From Octopus sinensis (lineage: Eukaryota): DNA of 64,000 nt. Positions 13,012 to 25,369 of this stretch are shown piece by piece (the stretch's first letter is position 1; each line of letters starts with the position of its first letter). Under the pieces are notes generated by a model. It was not told where the DNA came from. It ran no database searches and saw nothing but the letters and a program-made list of their open reading frames with translations. The position numbers were made by a program, and so were the translations under genes. The DNA is taken from positions 44,206,001 through 44,270,000 of the forward strand of contig NC_043000.1 of NCBI RefSeq assembly GCF_006345805.1, written 5' to 3'.

Positions 13012-13190
13012 GTTGGCACATAAAAACATCCTTGCAGTGCCACGTAAAATCGCCCGTGCAGTTACACGTACAAAGCCCTGTGCGGCGCCACACAAAAGCG
13101 TCCGCGCAGCGCCTCGTAACAGTGCCCGTTCAGTGCCTCGTATGGGCATTCAGCGATTGGAAGGGCATCCACCTGTACTGTAGAAACCTT
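13012..13190 (+). repeat. Degenerate 24-bp GC-rich minisatellite (~5.5 units) within a SINE/RTE-like remnant
   Basis: Units gtgccacgtaaaatcgcccgtgca / gttacacgtacaaagccctgtgcg / gcgccacacaaaagcgtccgcgca / gcgcctcgtaacagtgcccgttca, followed by ggaagggcatccacctgtactgtagaaacc. Confidence 0.6.
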
Positions 13191-13293
13191 ACGCAATGAG
13201 ACTAGGGTTTAATGCTTCCCACCAGTTTATCCGCTGCTGCTGATAGTGATAATGATGATGATGATAAAGCTACACACAAACATTATATACATA

Positions 13294-13350
<57 letters not shown>

Positions 13351-13406
13351 ATTTATATATGTATGTATACAAATGTATATATATACACACACACATATAT
13401 AGGTAT

Positions 13407-13530
13407 AACCTCCCCTCGCAAATACTAATCGGGCACAGAATGTGTGTCGTTAGCCAACTGGAAGAGATGCCTTCCTGGGGCTATAAACACCAATAGCACT
13501 GTCCCGTATATACCCCACATTTGGTTGCCA
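13407..13530 (+). mobile_element. Diverged single copy of the arm sequence of the 3513-3979 element
   Basis: acctcccctcgcaaatactaatcgggcacagaatgtgtgtcgttagccaactggaagagatgccttcctggggcta aligns to 3839-3915 (acctccctttgcaaataccataagggcacagaaagtgtgcctaaagccagctggagacgatgatcttctggggcta). Confidence 0.65.
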
Positions 13531-13536
13531 ATTATT

Positions 13537-13623
<87 letters not shown>

Positions 13624-14404
13624 AAGAGATAGAGATAGTGATAGAGATAGATAGATAGATACATGCATATATACATATATACATAAAATCATCCATACAT
13701 GTGTATGCATGCTCACCTGCAGAAATCTGCGGAAATGGATTTACATACATATACATATACACTCATCCAATCCAACAGTTTTATGCATACCATCATTATG
13801 TTAAAGCATTAATACTTTATATGTTTTACTTGACTTAGAGTACCATAACATTCCCCTTTCTTACAGCATAAGATGTTTTGAAACATTCAATGATTTAAAT
13901 GTGAAACATGTTTCGCAGATTAAACGTTTGAAGTTCCTGATAATATTGGTAGTTCGTGTGCGGCCATCAGCAGACCTATGATCAAAAGTAATTTGAACAC
14001 ATTTTCGCCCAATATTGTACTACCACTATTTCTATTATCCACCAATGCATTTATAATGAAAGCTAAGGGCCATGGAGTGCCGCAAATTTTAATCTTATTC
14101 TTGCACAGAAATCATTGATAATCAAAGGCTTCACCGATTCTGGACATTCTAGAAAATAAAGAGATAATTTTTATTGCTCGCATTCATAACGGTACTATTC
14201 TTGTTGATTTTGTTAACAAAATTACTTTCCATTAAGGCTCTTTAAAGTTGACGGAAATGAAGAATCACCTTAATGGTGTGAAATTTTTAACTAGTTTTCT
14301 AAAGCGATTTCAACAACGCATTTCACGGAAGTGAAACATGCGTCATAGAAAGGAAACAGTGGCCATTTTTGCGCTGGTTTATGATATGTATGTATATATA
14401 TATA

Positions 14405-14520
14405 TAGTTAATCCAAACATAGAAACACAAAGAGAAAACAAAACAACGCGAGGACGTGGAACAAGTATAGTGTTATTGGACGCTCAGGAAAGAAGGAAAA
14501 ATATATATATAGGAAAGAAA
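14405..14520 (-). repeat. Interspersed repeat related to 19200-19335 (probable PLE terminal-repeat fragment)
   Basis: Shares the ..t(g/t)gacgctcag(g/a)aaag.. block and an A-rich lead-in with 19200-19290; flanked by (TA)n. Confidence 0.4.
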
Positions 14521-15266
14521 TATATATATATATATATATATATGGTTCTTGGAGTTTAATACTCATGCAAACCTTAGCAGTGATTTACGCTTGCTGATAA
14601 AATGACAAGTAAGTTTAAATATTGTGTACATTTACTATGGGAAATATGCTTGTTAAAGACGTCCACGTTGTTGTTTCTTGTTAGTAAAGCTGATATTTTG
14701 TGAATGGTGACGTTTACTCCCAACGCATATGTGATCGAGATAAGCTATCGTAAAATTACTGTACCCGTGTTCAACTAATCCAGAACACGTTTTTTTTATT
14801 CCATTAGATAAATTATTGTTGTTAAAGAAAATTGTTACTGGTGTAAATTGCAAATCAAGTAACATTACCACAGTCTCCTTACAAAAATGTTTTGGACCTG
14901 ATGCAAATTCTACAACAGATATGTCGATGGGAGTCTCTGTGAAGAAAAAGTAGTCTTAATGTAAAAGGAAGTTAAGGTGAATATATTGATTGTATTTCTT
15001 TTTCGTGTTCTAGTATATATGCATATACACACACATGCGTGCATACACACACATATACACACATACACACATACACTCAAACACACATATATATATGTAT
15101 GCATGTATGCATATATACGTGTGTATATATATATATATACATGCGTATATATATATATATGTGCGTGTGTGTGTGTATCAATATGTATATTTACATACAT
15201 ATATAAATATATACATATATGTAAATATATTTACATACGCACGCACATAGTTCCATGCATGCATAC

Positions 15267-15312
<46 letters not shown>

Positions 15313-15494
15313 CAAAACTAAGACAAAAAAAGCCTTAAATACATTATTAATTATTCGTTACAATTGTTTCTGCACCAACTCTGCTTGCTACGTCAGTTTA
15401 CGCTTATACTCGAAGTGAAAACTTACGTAACATTTGTGGTTTTAAGCATTTAAGTGACACTTCATCAGACTTTTACATCTTAAAGATGGCGACG

Positions 15495-15721
15495 ATTATA
15501 ACGACGGCGATGATGACGACAAAGAAGAAGAAAAAAAGAAGAACAAGAACATGAACAAGAACAAGAACAACAAAAAAGGAGAAGAATAAAAAGAACAAGA
15601 ACAATAACAAGAACAAGAACACGAACAAGAAGAACAAGAAGGACAAGAAGAAGAAAAAAGAAGCAGGAGAATAATAATAATAATAATAATAATAATATAA
15701 TAATAATAATAATAATAATAA

Positions 15722-15752
<31 letters not shown>

Positions 15753-15830
15753 AAGAAGAAGAAGAAGGAAGCGGAGGAGGAGGAGGAGGAGGAAGAGTAA
15801 GAGGAGGAGGAGGAGGAGAAGCTGAGGACA
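15495..15830. repeat. Compound trinucleotide microsatellite (GAC/AAG/AAC/AAT/GAA/GAG)
   Basis: Directly visible; explains the poly-F/Y/S/P ORFs. Confidence 0.95.
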
Positions 15831-18059
15831 TAAATAGATGTAATTTCCTCATTTATTTTACCCTTCATCAAAATGTACAACCCTCTCATGAACGGCAAGA
15901 GGATGCAGTTGATATGAATGAAGACATTTAGTATCTATTTTCAGGAAAGATATTCGAAATCCCTATTTACCACACAGGGATAAGAGCGTATCGCGAAAAA
16001 AATTGTTCCAAATGAAATCATCCATTAAATGTCATTCACACATATACCCAGAAGCCATTAAAAAGGCTTCCATTCCAACTTCACTACTAATATATTTTTG
16101 ATTTTGTAGTTCTGTTATGTGACTCTCTCAATATAATGTCTCTGTATATAAGCTATATCTTTCTTTATATTAAATATATCTGTCTTACATTTCAGCCATG
16201 TATATGGCATTTTGTCATTTGGTGTTATATGGTGTTATTTTCTTATTTAAAGTGAACCAGATTTAATAACCATAAAATTATAGATACCTACAGTATTCTA
16301 CAACACACATACAATATTACAAAAGGCATTTGTAAAATACTAATGGGTTCATCACACATGTTCAATAGTAATCTATTCCGTTAAGTTTCACAAAAAAAAT
16401 TCAGTTTCATGATCTTAATCTTAAATATTCTATATGCGATTTTTTCCGAAATTAATATGGATTGACATTCTCATTCAGTATGCCAGGAATTCTTTTAACA
16501 TGTCTCTTGTGAAATTATTCTGTGGAATATACATAGTTAATCTCAGTTTAAGGTGTCAAGATATGATTTTTGCAGTTGCGAACAATGTTGTTGGTAGTGT
16601 CGTTCTTCCTGAGGTATTTAAATATCCTACCATTAAACACAAAACCTTTTACATAATAATAAGCACAACAGAGATTTTAAAAAGGGGAAGAACACTGACA
16701 TGAAAACAAAAAAAAATGTATAGTGGAGAAATTCATTTAAAATTATTCTGACATTAAAACCATGTTCAAAGAATTCACATAAGTCACGCAATCCTGTTAT
16801 TTGTAATATTCTTTATTTGACAGATGATGAAATATTGTCACGGCAATATCAAGAAATCTTTTCAGAAACAATAAATCTGCAACAATGAATTCTGTGTTCT
16901 TTTGTTATTTCAAATTGAAGCTCAAAACTAAAAAACAGCCCAGAGTGTGGGAGAGTGATGGAGAAAGTCAGAAAGAGATAGAAAAAATGTTTATCAGAGA
17001 AAATAAATCCACGGAATATGAATATTAATAGGACTTTTTAGAAATATTTTATTTTTGTGCATCGTGACGTTTATTTCCTTTGTTTTTCTTTCTATATTAA
17101 TTTCTAATCTTTTGCAATAACTAGGTACAAATTAAAGAGCAACTGTATGCATACGAATGTAAATATAAATTCACAGACAAAACAAATAAGCAAAGAAATA
17201 TCAAAAATGTTATTGATATTTTTTAGTTTAGACATACTAATGTGAAATTTTATGAGAGAAAATTTAAATGTAAAAACCATCAAAATAATAAATCTTCCTC
17301 TACCATTAATTTAGTCTCGTTTTTCTGTTTTTTATTCATTTCCATGTTGCCTTTTATATTAGGTTTTTTAAAAAAATCTTGTTTACGTGATCTAAGAAAA
17401 CTTACATGTATCTTTCTATATAACACGAATGAAGAAATACTGTGAAAAGAATTTATAGCACATAATGTAGAGAGCCATTTCATAATAGATATGGAAGTTT
17501 CTAAAACAGGATACGAAGAATTAACTTATTGATTCAATAAATTAAGCTGTGTTTCTTACTTCATACTTAAATCTACCTCCTTAAACATTATAAAAGCGAG
17601 AAGACAACTAACTTCTGCACTGTGACTACTATGTGTTGTGAATAAATACATATCAATGATATTATATTTGAATTGTTTTGATGCAGCCTGCAATAAATAA
17701 TTGTCTCAAATAATAGAAATCTACACTTTCATCAGGTATGAATCTATGGAAGTGAGAGAAATAAAATTTCTTCAGAGAGATTTGTGTTAAAGCCAAAATA
17801 TACGTCGGAGCGAGTAAAGTATCGTCACCACAGTAACTTACGAAAATCAATGACGACTTCTGCGTATTACAATCGAGTGGATGGATTTAACAAGCCACGA
17901 GAAAAAGGAGAAATCTCGACGTTAGGTTGGTTACCTGTAATATTAATAAACCATGATTTTGCCACAACAATCCTATGAGGAGACTTCATTTCAGTCGATG
18001 TAAGATTTCAGTGTAATGCCTTTGTGCGTGCGTGTGTACATACACACATGCCTATTTAT

Positions 18060-18735
18060 AAATCTTTCTGGGAACTTGTAAAATGTACGTTAACAAATAT
18101 ATTTTAGAGATTTCGAAACCTAGGTCCTAGATATCCACATCTGGGCTGTACATTTATCTAATGTTCTTCCTACATTAGATAAATGTTCGCCGTCTCCAAA
18201 CATCTTTGACACTATATATAAATTGAAGCCTTCCTGTAACGTTGTATATTATCGACTGCTATTTCCAGTAAATATTGGAGCATTGTTGTACCACTTTTGT
18301 ATATTTACACTTTGATTTTTATGGTGCTTTGTTTTACTGGATAGCAATAATATTGATTTGTACTATTTAATATTTTTTTCTTTTAAAAGTTTTTCTCTGT
18401 TCTCCGTTCTGCCAACGGCTTAGGCGTTAAGGCCAGTATACTGGTACTGATGCAATGAACTTCAGATTTTTGTCTGGGGACTATAGCTGAGGAGAACTAA
18501 TCAAATTTACGTTAACAAACGTATTTTGGATACTTCAAAACCTAAGTCCTAGATTACCCATATCTGGGTTGTACATTTATCTAATGTTCGTCCTACAGGT
18601 AAGATGAAATTTGTTTATGTTCTCCGCCCGCAAGCATTTTTGTCAGTATATATATACAGTGAAGCTTTACTATAGCGTTGTGTTTTATCGACTGCAATTT
18701 CCAGTAAATACTGGTGCTTGTTGTACCACTATTAT
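18060..18735 (+). mobile_element. Old tandem direct repeat with ~422-bp period, each unit with a decayed hammerhead; retrozyme-like relic
   Basis: Copy 1: GAAA-CCTAGG-TC (18115-18126). Copy 2: CTGAGGA (18487-18493)...AAAA-CCTAAG-TC (18537-18548). The downstream ~200 bp align at ~75% by eye, and copy 2 ends at a TA/GT microsatellite. Confidence 0.7.
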
Positions 18736-19199
18736 ATACGTGTGTGTGTATACATACGCACATATATTTAGGACCGCGACGTTCCTCATTTCTCTGTGTC
18801 CTACTGTCACGTTTTGCTATTTGTTGTTTTTCTTATTCTTTAAGATGGCCGTCTAAGCGTTTCCCAGCCTGAGGCTATATTTTGCTCCTTTCTCATTTAT
18901 TTCATCTTGTCCTTCGTCAATCGTCTTAAATTGCATTTATTCACATTCGCATGTCCATTCTACTGCGCTTGTTATCCATATTTTGTTGCTCGTTCGATCG
19001 CTCGCGAGAGACACCCGCATGCGAAGCCCCTCAGTCTTATTATTAATGGTGGAAAACTGAGTAATACTATCTGGTTGATAATTGAAGAATAATTAGGGAC
19101 CTTCTGTTTCTGTTTTCCGTCTGTCCGGCAACTCAATATACGTTATACGTTTTTCATTTCGTCCTTTGTGTATTTACAATATATTTTTACATTTAAGTA

Positions 19200-19335
19200 A
19201 CAGAACACAACGCACAGAAGAGAAAAAACGAAGGCAGGTGTATGAACAATAAGCAGGTGTATTAATTTGACGCTCAGAAAAGTAAAATAGTCACTTACGT
19301 TTCGAGCAGACGCTCTTCAAAAGAAAGGAATAAGA
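19200..19335 (-). mobile_element. PLE-type terminal-repeat relic with a decayed minimal hammerhead (~19290-19330)
   Basis: Minus strand: ...ttttgaa-GAGC-gtct-GCTC-GAAA-CG-TA. Stem II and the 3' half are intact; the CUGANGA box is mutated. Confidence 0.45.
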
Positions 19336-20212
19336 TAAAATAAACAGATAGTAAAAAACGTGAGGATTTAGCAGTCAAACATCACAACTTATTAGAAAAT
19401 GAATTAAAAGAAAAGGTTGAAAGAAGGGGATATAATAAAGTATTGATGATCCTAAAACGAAGGCGTGTGTGTGCGTGTGTATATGTGAGAATGTGTGTGT
19501 GGATAGGGGCTAGTGACTTTGAAGTGTGTCGATATTTGCGTGTGTGTGTGCGTCTGTAACGTGTGGCTGCTCATATAGTGGTATGTGGTGACACTATTGC
19601 AGATTGTTTGTGGGTGTGTGGGTGATAGTGTGTGGGTTTGCGGTTGATTGTGTGTGGAGTGGGTGCTGGGAAGTGGTCAGTGCAATTGCGTTCGCAGTGG
19701 TGTGTTGTGGTGTTGTGTGATGAGGATTTGGATGGTGTGAGGCGTGGATTCGGGTGGTTTGGGGATTGAGGTGGGAATACACACACACATAGGTGTGTGT
19801 ATTTGTGTGTGTGTAAACATAAGTATACATATATTTATATAGATATATATATTTCTATTCGCATACAAATACACACCTATCATCATTGAGTAATTCAGTA
19901 GCATGGTAACTATCTATAAATCACTTTGCGTCATTAAACAACGAAAGGCACGAGAAACATTGAGGTTAGAGTGAATCATGAGAAGGACAATCTGCCTTCG
20001 ATTTCATTGAGGCTCTCAATATCGAACACTCGGCTTTAAGGAATTGCGGTAGTTTCGCGAGCTGTGAAAATCTAGGCATACACATTTGAATCAACATTAA
20101 GCTCTTTACCGTCCTTCCATTCCACGTGTCTCCTTCTTTTCTGTTAGATAAAATTTTATTTATTTAGATAAAGTTTTATTTACATACAGATAGAGTAACC
20201 ACGTCGGGAGGT

Positions 20213-20257
20213 GAGTCGCTGAAGAGTTCACAGGATGTTCGACGAAAGATTTCGGAC
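20213..20257 (+). ncRNA. Decayed type I hammerhead motif
   Basis: gagtcg-CTGAAGA-gttcacaggatgttcgac-GAAA-gatt-TC-ggac; both core boxes exact, stems partly broken. Confidence 0.45.
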
Positions 20258-23200
20258 AAATGATACTAATTAATAATAAATCTGAAGTGAAAAATGAGTA
20301 TATAGTGCGTGTGGTTATTTGGCTGAAAGCAAAATGACCACCCCCATATATAACAATATATATATATTTGTTGGAGATACTTATCTGTAAATACATGGAA
20401 ATCAAAAGCGCGGATCTTCGTTTTAGCATGAGCTTTAAGTTTCAACTATCTACAGTATGTCATACAAGCATACTTTTCCAGAGTAGATATATTTAGCATT
20501 AAAAACCTGGTAATAATAACTGCTAAGTCTGGGAGATGCAGCCTAAATGTGATTGCCGAAAAATAATTTGAGATTATACACGCGAATTACCGACAAGCAA
20601 TTTAATCCTGTCTAAAACAGTGTGTTCTTTCTATATATCATTGTTCATGATATTCACTGTATGTCCTAGTAGTGAAAAGTTTACACATAGCTTATTGGGC
20701 GAGAAAGTACAAAAGTTTTCTTTTTAATATTTTATCCCCCTTCTCAAATCCCTATGACGATTCACATTTAGATGGTACAACGAATCTAAATAAATATTCT
20801 TCCTTTTTAAGACAATTTTCTATAAATTATTTATTCCTTTCTTCGTCTTCGACTTCACTTGGAAAATTCTATTACTAAGTATTATTGTATTTGTATAGTA
20901 ACATGAAATTTGAAATCATTGTGAAGCGGGAAATTCTGCAGCTTCTGAAACTCTTAAACAATAATATCATTAATCGTTCTCCGTTTTTACTAAGGCTACT
21001 TGGGATTACACTGTATTGTATGTCATATTAGATATTAGATACACAGGTAGGGATTTTTTTTAGTTGGCATTTCTCACACGTTCATCTCCTTATTTTCAAA
21101 GTGTTTCGTAAAATGGCCGTTTAATTGCTTATACATGTCTGCATTAATTTAAACAACATTAAATATTGTATATGTTTTGCTGAATGATACCTCAAGAAAC
21201 TTTTTTTGGGGGGTACCACCGGATTAATTGAATCTATATATTGTAACTGTAATTACACGCACACACGCACGCGCGCCCACACACAGAAATACTACTGAGG
21301 ATCGAGGCCATTGATATTGTTCTGAATAGGTAGAGCGTTGACGGTACCCATTCCCTCATATCTTTATACTGGTATTGTATTGATTCAATATCTCACTTTG
21401 ACTCTAATTTTTATATTATATATCATGCAGACACGGATGCATTCTTAGTAATTATGGTTTACATTCATGAAATCATGCTTTCGTAAACATTGCGCAGCAC
21501 AACGGCAAGTTTCATTGTTTGATAAGGATTAAACTCATGTAAACTAAAAATGATTTGTTCAATTGATGTATTGACAAATTCCACAAGAAGAATTTTATAT
21601 CTAATATAATGTTGCACCCTTTCATATAACTACAAAAGCTGAACCGGCTAATACGGGAAAATGTAGCTATACAGTGTCCAATTACTTTCATGTTAATTTA
21701 AGGAGACATATGTTCAGTTGAGTGAATACCAGAAAGATAATCATCAAACACCACAGACAATTATATAGGATTACTCGCATATGTGCTATATACCTTCTCT
21801 AATGGGTAAAACCTCCCACATTGTATTATTCATGTAAATTTCACTATATTCTAAAAATGTTATAGGTGTTTGCTTAATAAGCCAATTTTGCTTGCTTAGC
21901 TCCTCGACGAATTTCATACCACTGGGTATGTGGAAATATATTTTCTCAAACAGTGTCTGATGGGGTGAATAGGCAGTTAAATATCGAAAATAAACACATA
22001 CATACACACATATATGTACATAGACGTTGATATATCTATATATAAACAGTTCATGATGTGATACTCTAGTGCCATGTTCCAGTGTATTGACGGAATTTCG
22101 TCAACTACTAATAGAATTTCGATGGTTTTCACCATTTGTCGTTTACAAGAAATGATTTTTCGAGAAGTTCACCACAGTCTACGGCGTTATAAACAACACA
22201 ACCATGTTGATTTCATAATCAACATTATTGTGTTGATAACCTGTGTTTAGTTGCCGAAAATTGTTGTAGATTGGGAATTTCATCTACACTATTATGCACA
22301 AATCCATGTACGTCTATCTGTCATAAATGTGCTATTCTGTGTGTGTGCGTGCGTGTGTGTATGTATGTGTTCTACCGCTTATATGTCTATGTTTATTAAC
22401 AACTACATATGTACATGCGTGAGAATATATTTCGGTATGTCTGAAAACACACATCCATCAAAACAATTGAAAAAACACGGAGACGCGTACGTACACACGT
22501 TCACACACACGTATCTTTTTAACTTGAAGTGCATATAATCATGTAGAAATATAAGTGTATGTGTGGGTCTGTACGTGTGTGTGTAACTATTTTATCCTTA
22601 TATTTCGTTAGAAATGCGTGTCTATTTGTATGAGTATGGCATTTTATGTTAGTATGCATTATTGCAAATTGTTTTACACAGTCTGATAATAAATGAAAGC
22701 AAAAATGATAAAAGAATTATGAAGGAGATGCGGGTGTGTAATATTCATTGAGTAACGACATTTGAGAAACAATTTCCAACGTAAAATAGGTAATTTTAAT
22801 CAATTGGAAGATATATTATTAATAGTATTTGGAAATCAACTTAATTTTTAAGGATTTTAACTTTTTATGAATGAACAGAATTAAAATTTGCTGAAATTCT
22901 GTAATGATTGTGCGTAATCTGCTGAAAGCAGGAAAACCGCCTCGTATGCAAAATATTCATATCCAATTCAAAAATGTATCAACATTATTTCATTTTACTG
23001 AAAGGTTAAAATTTTATCAAAATTCTATACCACAGAATTTCAATACGCATTCCAATTTCACTCTAAAAGGATTGAGTATTTCCTCAAAATAAATTGATTA
23101 TTTTTGCTATTCATTCAATGACTTAGTATTCAATAAGCGTGTTCCTTCAGTGAACACTTTTTCTTTGCTTTCACCAAATTTTTAGGCTCCATTTGTACAT

Positions 23201-23632
23201 CATCATAAATATAAAGAATCCCATTCATATATATTTGATAAAGATGCTAAACATTTCTGATAACCACTTCTCAAATATTAATATTCACATGGGATAGAAT
23301 ACTTACTAGCAATAATAATAATTTACATTCAGCATCTGTATTCAATGTTAATTTCTTCGTAGCATTGAAGATCAATTGGATTTTGGCAATTATTACCCAA
23401 CTAAATTCTATTGATCTTTTGCAACGTTCTTCCAAGCAGATGAAGCAAGTAATATATTATACATTAAATCTTTGCCCTTGTCTCTTATGAAGATTATTAA
23501 TCTGGCATTCACACTGGTCATAAAGACAACTTCTGCATAGGTAAGGCTGGATAGCATTAGAATTCTGATTCAGTTGCTGGCCCATAAATTTGATAAAGAT
23601 TCTTCAGCATCTATCAACACAGCTTTCTACAA

Positions 23633-23712
<80 letters not shown>

Positions 23713-24099
23713 TATCTATATATTTGTATGCATATATTGTTAATCCCACATGAAACCCTTTCAATTCTTACTTCTTTTTCTCTGTCTCTTGAAATTTCCA
23801 TTTGCAACTTTGTAAGAATCATGAGAACATCTACTACTACTACCGACGCCTCCACCACCACCACCACCGCCGCTGCCGATGCTGTCACCACCATCAGCGC
23901 TACTAACAACAATAAAAATATTGATAATAATATTAGTAATAATAATGATAGTAAAATTACTACTGCTCCTACTACCTATTATAATAATGATAACAACAAT
24001 ATCAATGACAATAACAGTAACAGTAGCAGCAACCACCACACCGGTAACAACAACAATGGTAATAATCCATTCTACTATAAGCACAAGAACAGAAATGTT

Positions 24100-24277
24100 T
24101 GTTCACCAGTGGATTCCATCGAGCCCACGGTGTAACTGCTAATTATTTAATCGATCCCGAAAGGATAAAAGACAAAGTCGACCTCGGCAGAATTTCAACT
24201 CAGAACATAAGGAGGGATGAAATGATGCTAATCATTGTGCCCGGCGTGGAAACGATTCTGCCAACTCGCCGCCTTAA
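24100..24277 (-). mobile_element. tRNA-derived SINE family A
   Basis: atcgatcccgaaaggataaaagacaaagtcgacctcggcagaatttcaactcagaac...tctgccaactcgccgcc. Confidence 0.8.
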
Positions 24278-24344
24278 TTATAATGATAATAATAATAATG
24301 ATGTTGGTTATTTCAAATTTTGTCACAAGGCCAGCGATTTCCGA

Positions 24345-24436
24345 TCAAGGGATCATCGACCACAGTACTCAACATGTACTTATATCATGGACCGCGTAAG
24401 GATAAAAGGCAAAGATGACTTCGGCGGAATTTTAAC
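24345..24436 (-). mobile_element. SINE family A internal fragment
   Basis: catcgaccacagtactcaac..gtacttat..aaggataaaaggcaaagatgacttcggcggaattt. Confidence 0.6.
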
Positions 24437-24894
24437 AATACTTTCCTAATTGGCAACAAAGGCCGCAAATTTAATTAGGGCAGTACAGAATTAAGGGATC
24501 GCGGGATTTATTTAAAAACGAATAAACATTAAAAGTTAACGGGAAAATAATAAAGAATACCTCAATTATACAAACGCTACAACATAATCACCATATAACC
24601 CCCTCATCCCCACGCACCTAGCTTACAATGGATAACATAACAAGTGCTTTTCTCTCCTCCGTACGTTTCAGCCTTTAGGCCATAATTAGGATAGTTTCTT
24701 TCAATTGAGCCATTCTCACAACGTAAAGAATTATAAACAATACCACAATTAGAGATACGGATCTTCTATCGAAATGTTAAACGTCCTAAACAGTGGCTTA
24801 GTAAAAGGTAAAAACCTCAACCACAACCGAGAAGGGAACGTCATAGGAAAAAGGTTCTTCTCTCTATATGGTGGGATTGCAAAGGAATAATTCA

Positions 24895-25232
24895 CTTTGA
24901 ATTGTTACCACCTCATGCAACAATCAATGCTCAAGTCGACTGTCAGCAATTAAAGCGTTTGAACGAAACTTTGAAGATAAAAGATCCGCTTTAGTGAATT
25001 GAAAAGGAATAATGTTTATTGAGTACAATGCGCAACCCCACACTGCAAGGATCACCTCACAGAAGTTCGAAGAGCTTGGTTGGGAAAAAATCCTCATCCA
25101 CCGCATTGTCCCGAACTGGCCCCTTCAGACCACTATTTGTTTCGTAATATACACAATCATTTGGGGGACATAACTTTCGTAAGCGAGGAGGAGGTCGAAA
25201 CTGACATTTCAGAGTTCTTTGCTTTGAAACCA
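24895..25232 (+). pseudogene. Mariner transposase C-terminal fragment (same family as 52640-53207)
   Basis: Reads ..NAQPHTARITSQKFEELGWEK..HPPHCPELAPSDHYLFR..EVETDISEFFALKPK (DNAxPH and YSPDLAPSDY-like motifs). Confidence 0.85.
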
Positions 25233-25333
25233 AAAGTCGACCTCGGCGGAATTTGAACTCAGAATGTAAAGACAGACGAAATACCGCTTAGCATTTCGCC
25301 CGGAGTGTTGACGTTTCTGCCAGCTCGGTGCCT
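25229..25333 (-). mobile_element. SINE family A 5' half, fused to the mariner fragment
   Basis: aaagtcgacctcggcggaatttgaactcagaatgtaaagacagacgaaataccgcttagcatttcgcccgg..tctgccagctcggtgcc. Confidence 0.85.
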
Positions 25334-25369
25334 TAGTGCCTAGAAAATATTACCATCCTTAGGTGCAAC

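Noticed and set aside
16560-16900. Possible small exons (AG|ttgcgaac..gag|GT and AG|atgatgaaat..)
   Set aside because: Plausible splice dinucleotides only; no recognisable protein and ambiguous frame.
22880-23640. Possible decayed coding or Helitron-like segment
   Set aside because: Multiple stops in all frames and no diagnostic motif.
23590-24135. 181-aa ORF with T/N-rich tract
   Set aside because: Built from TA, ACC, AAC and AAT microsatellites and the end of a SINE.
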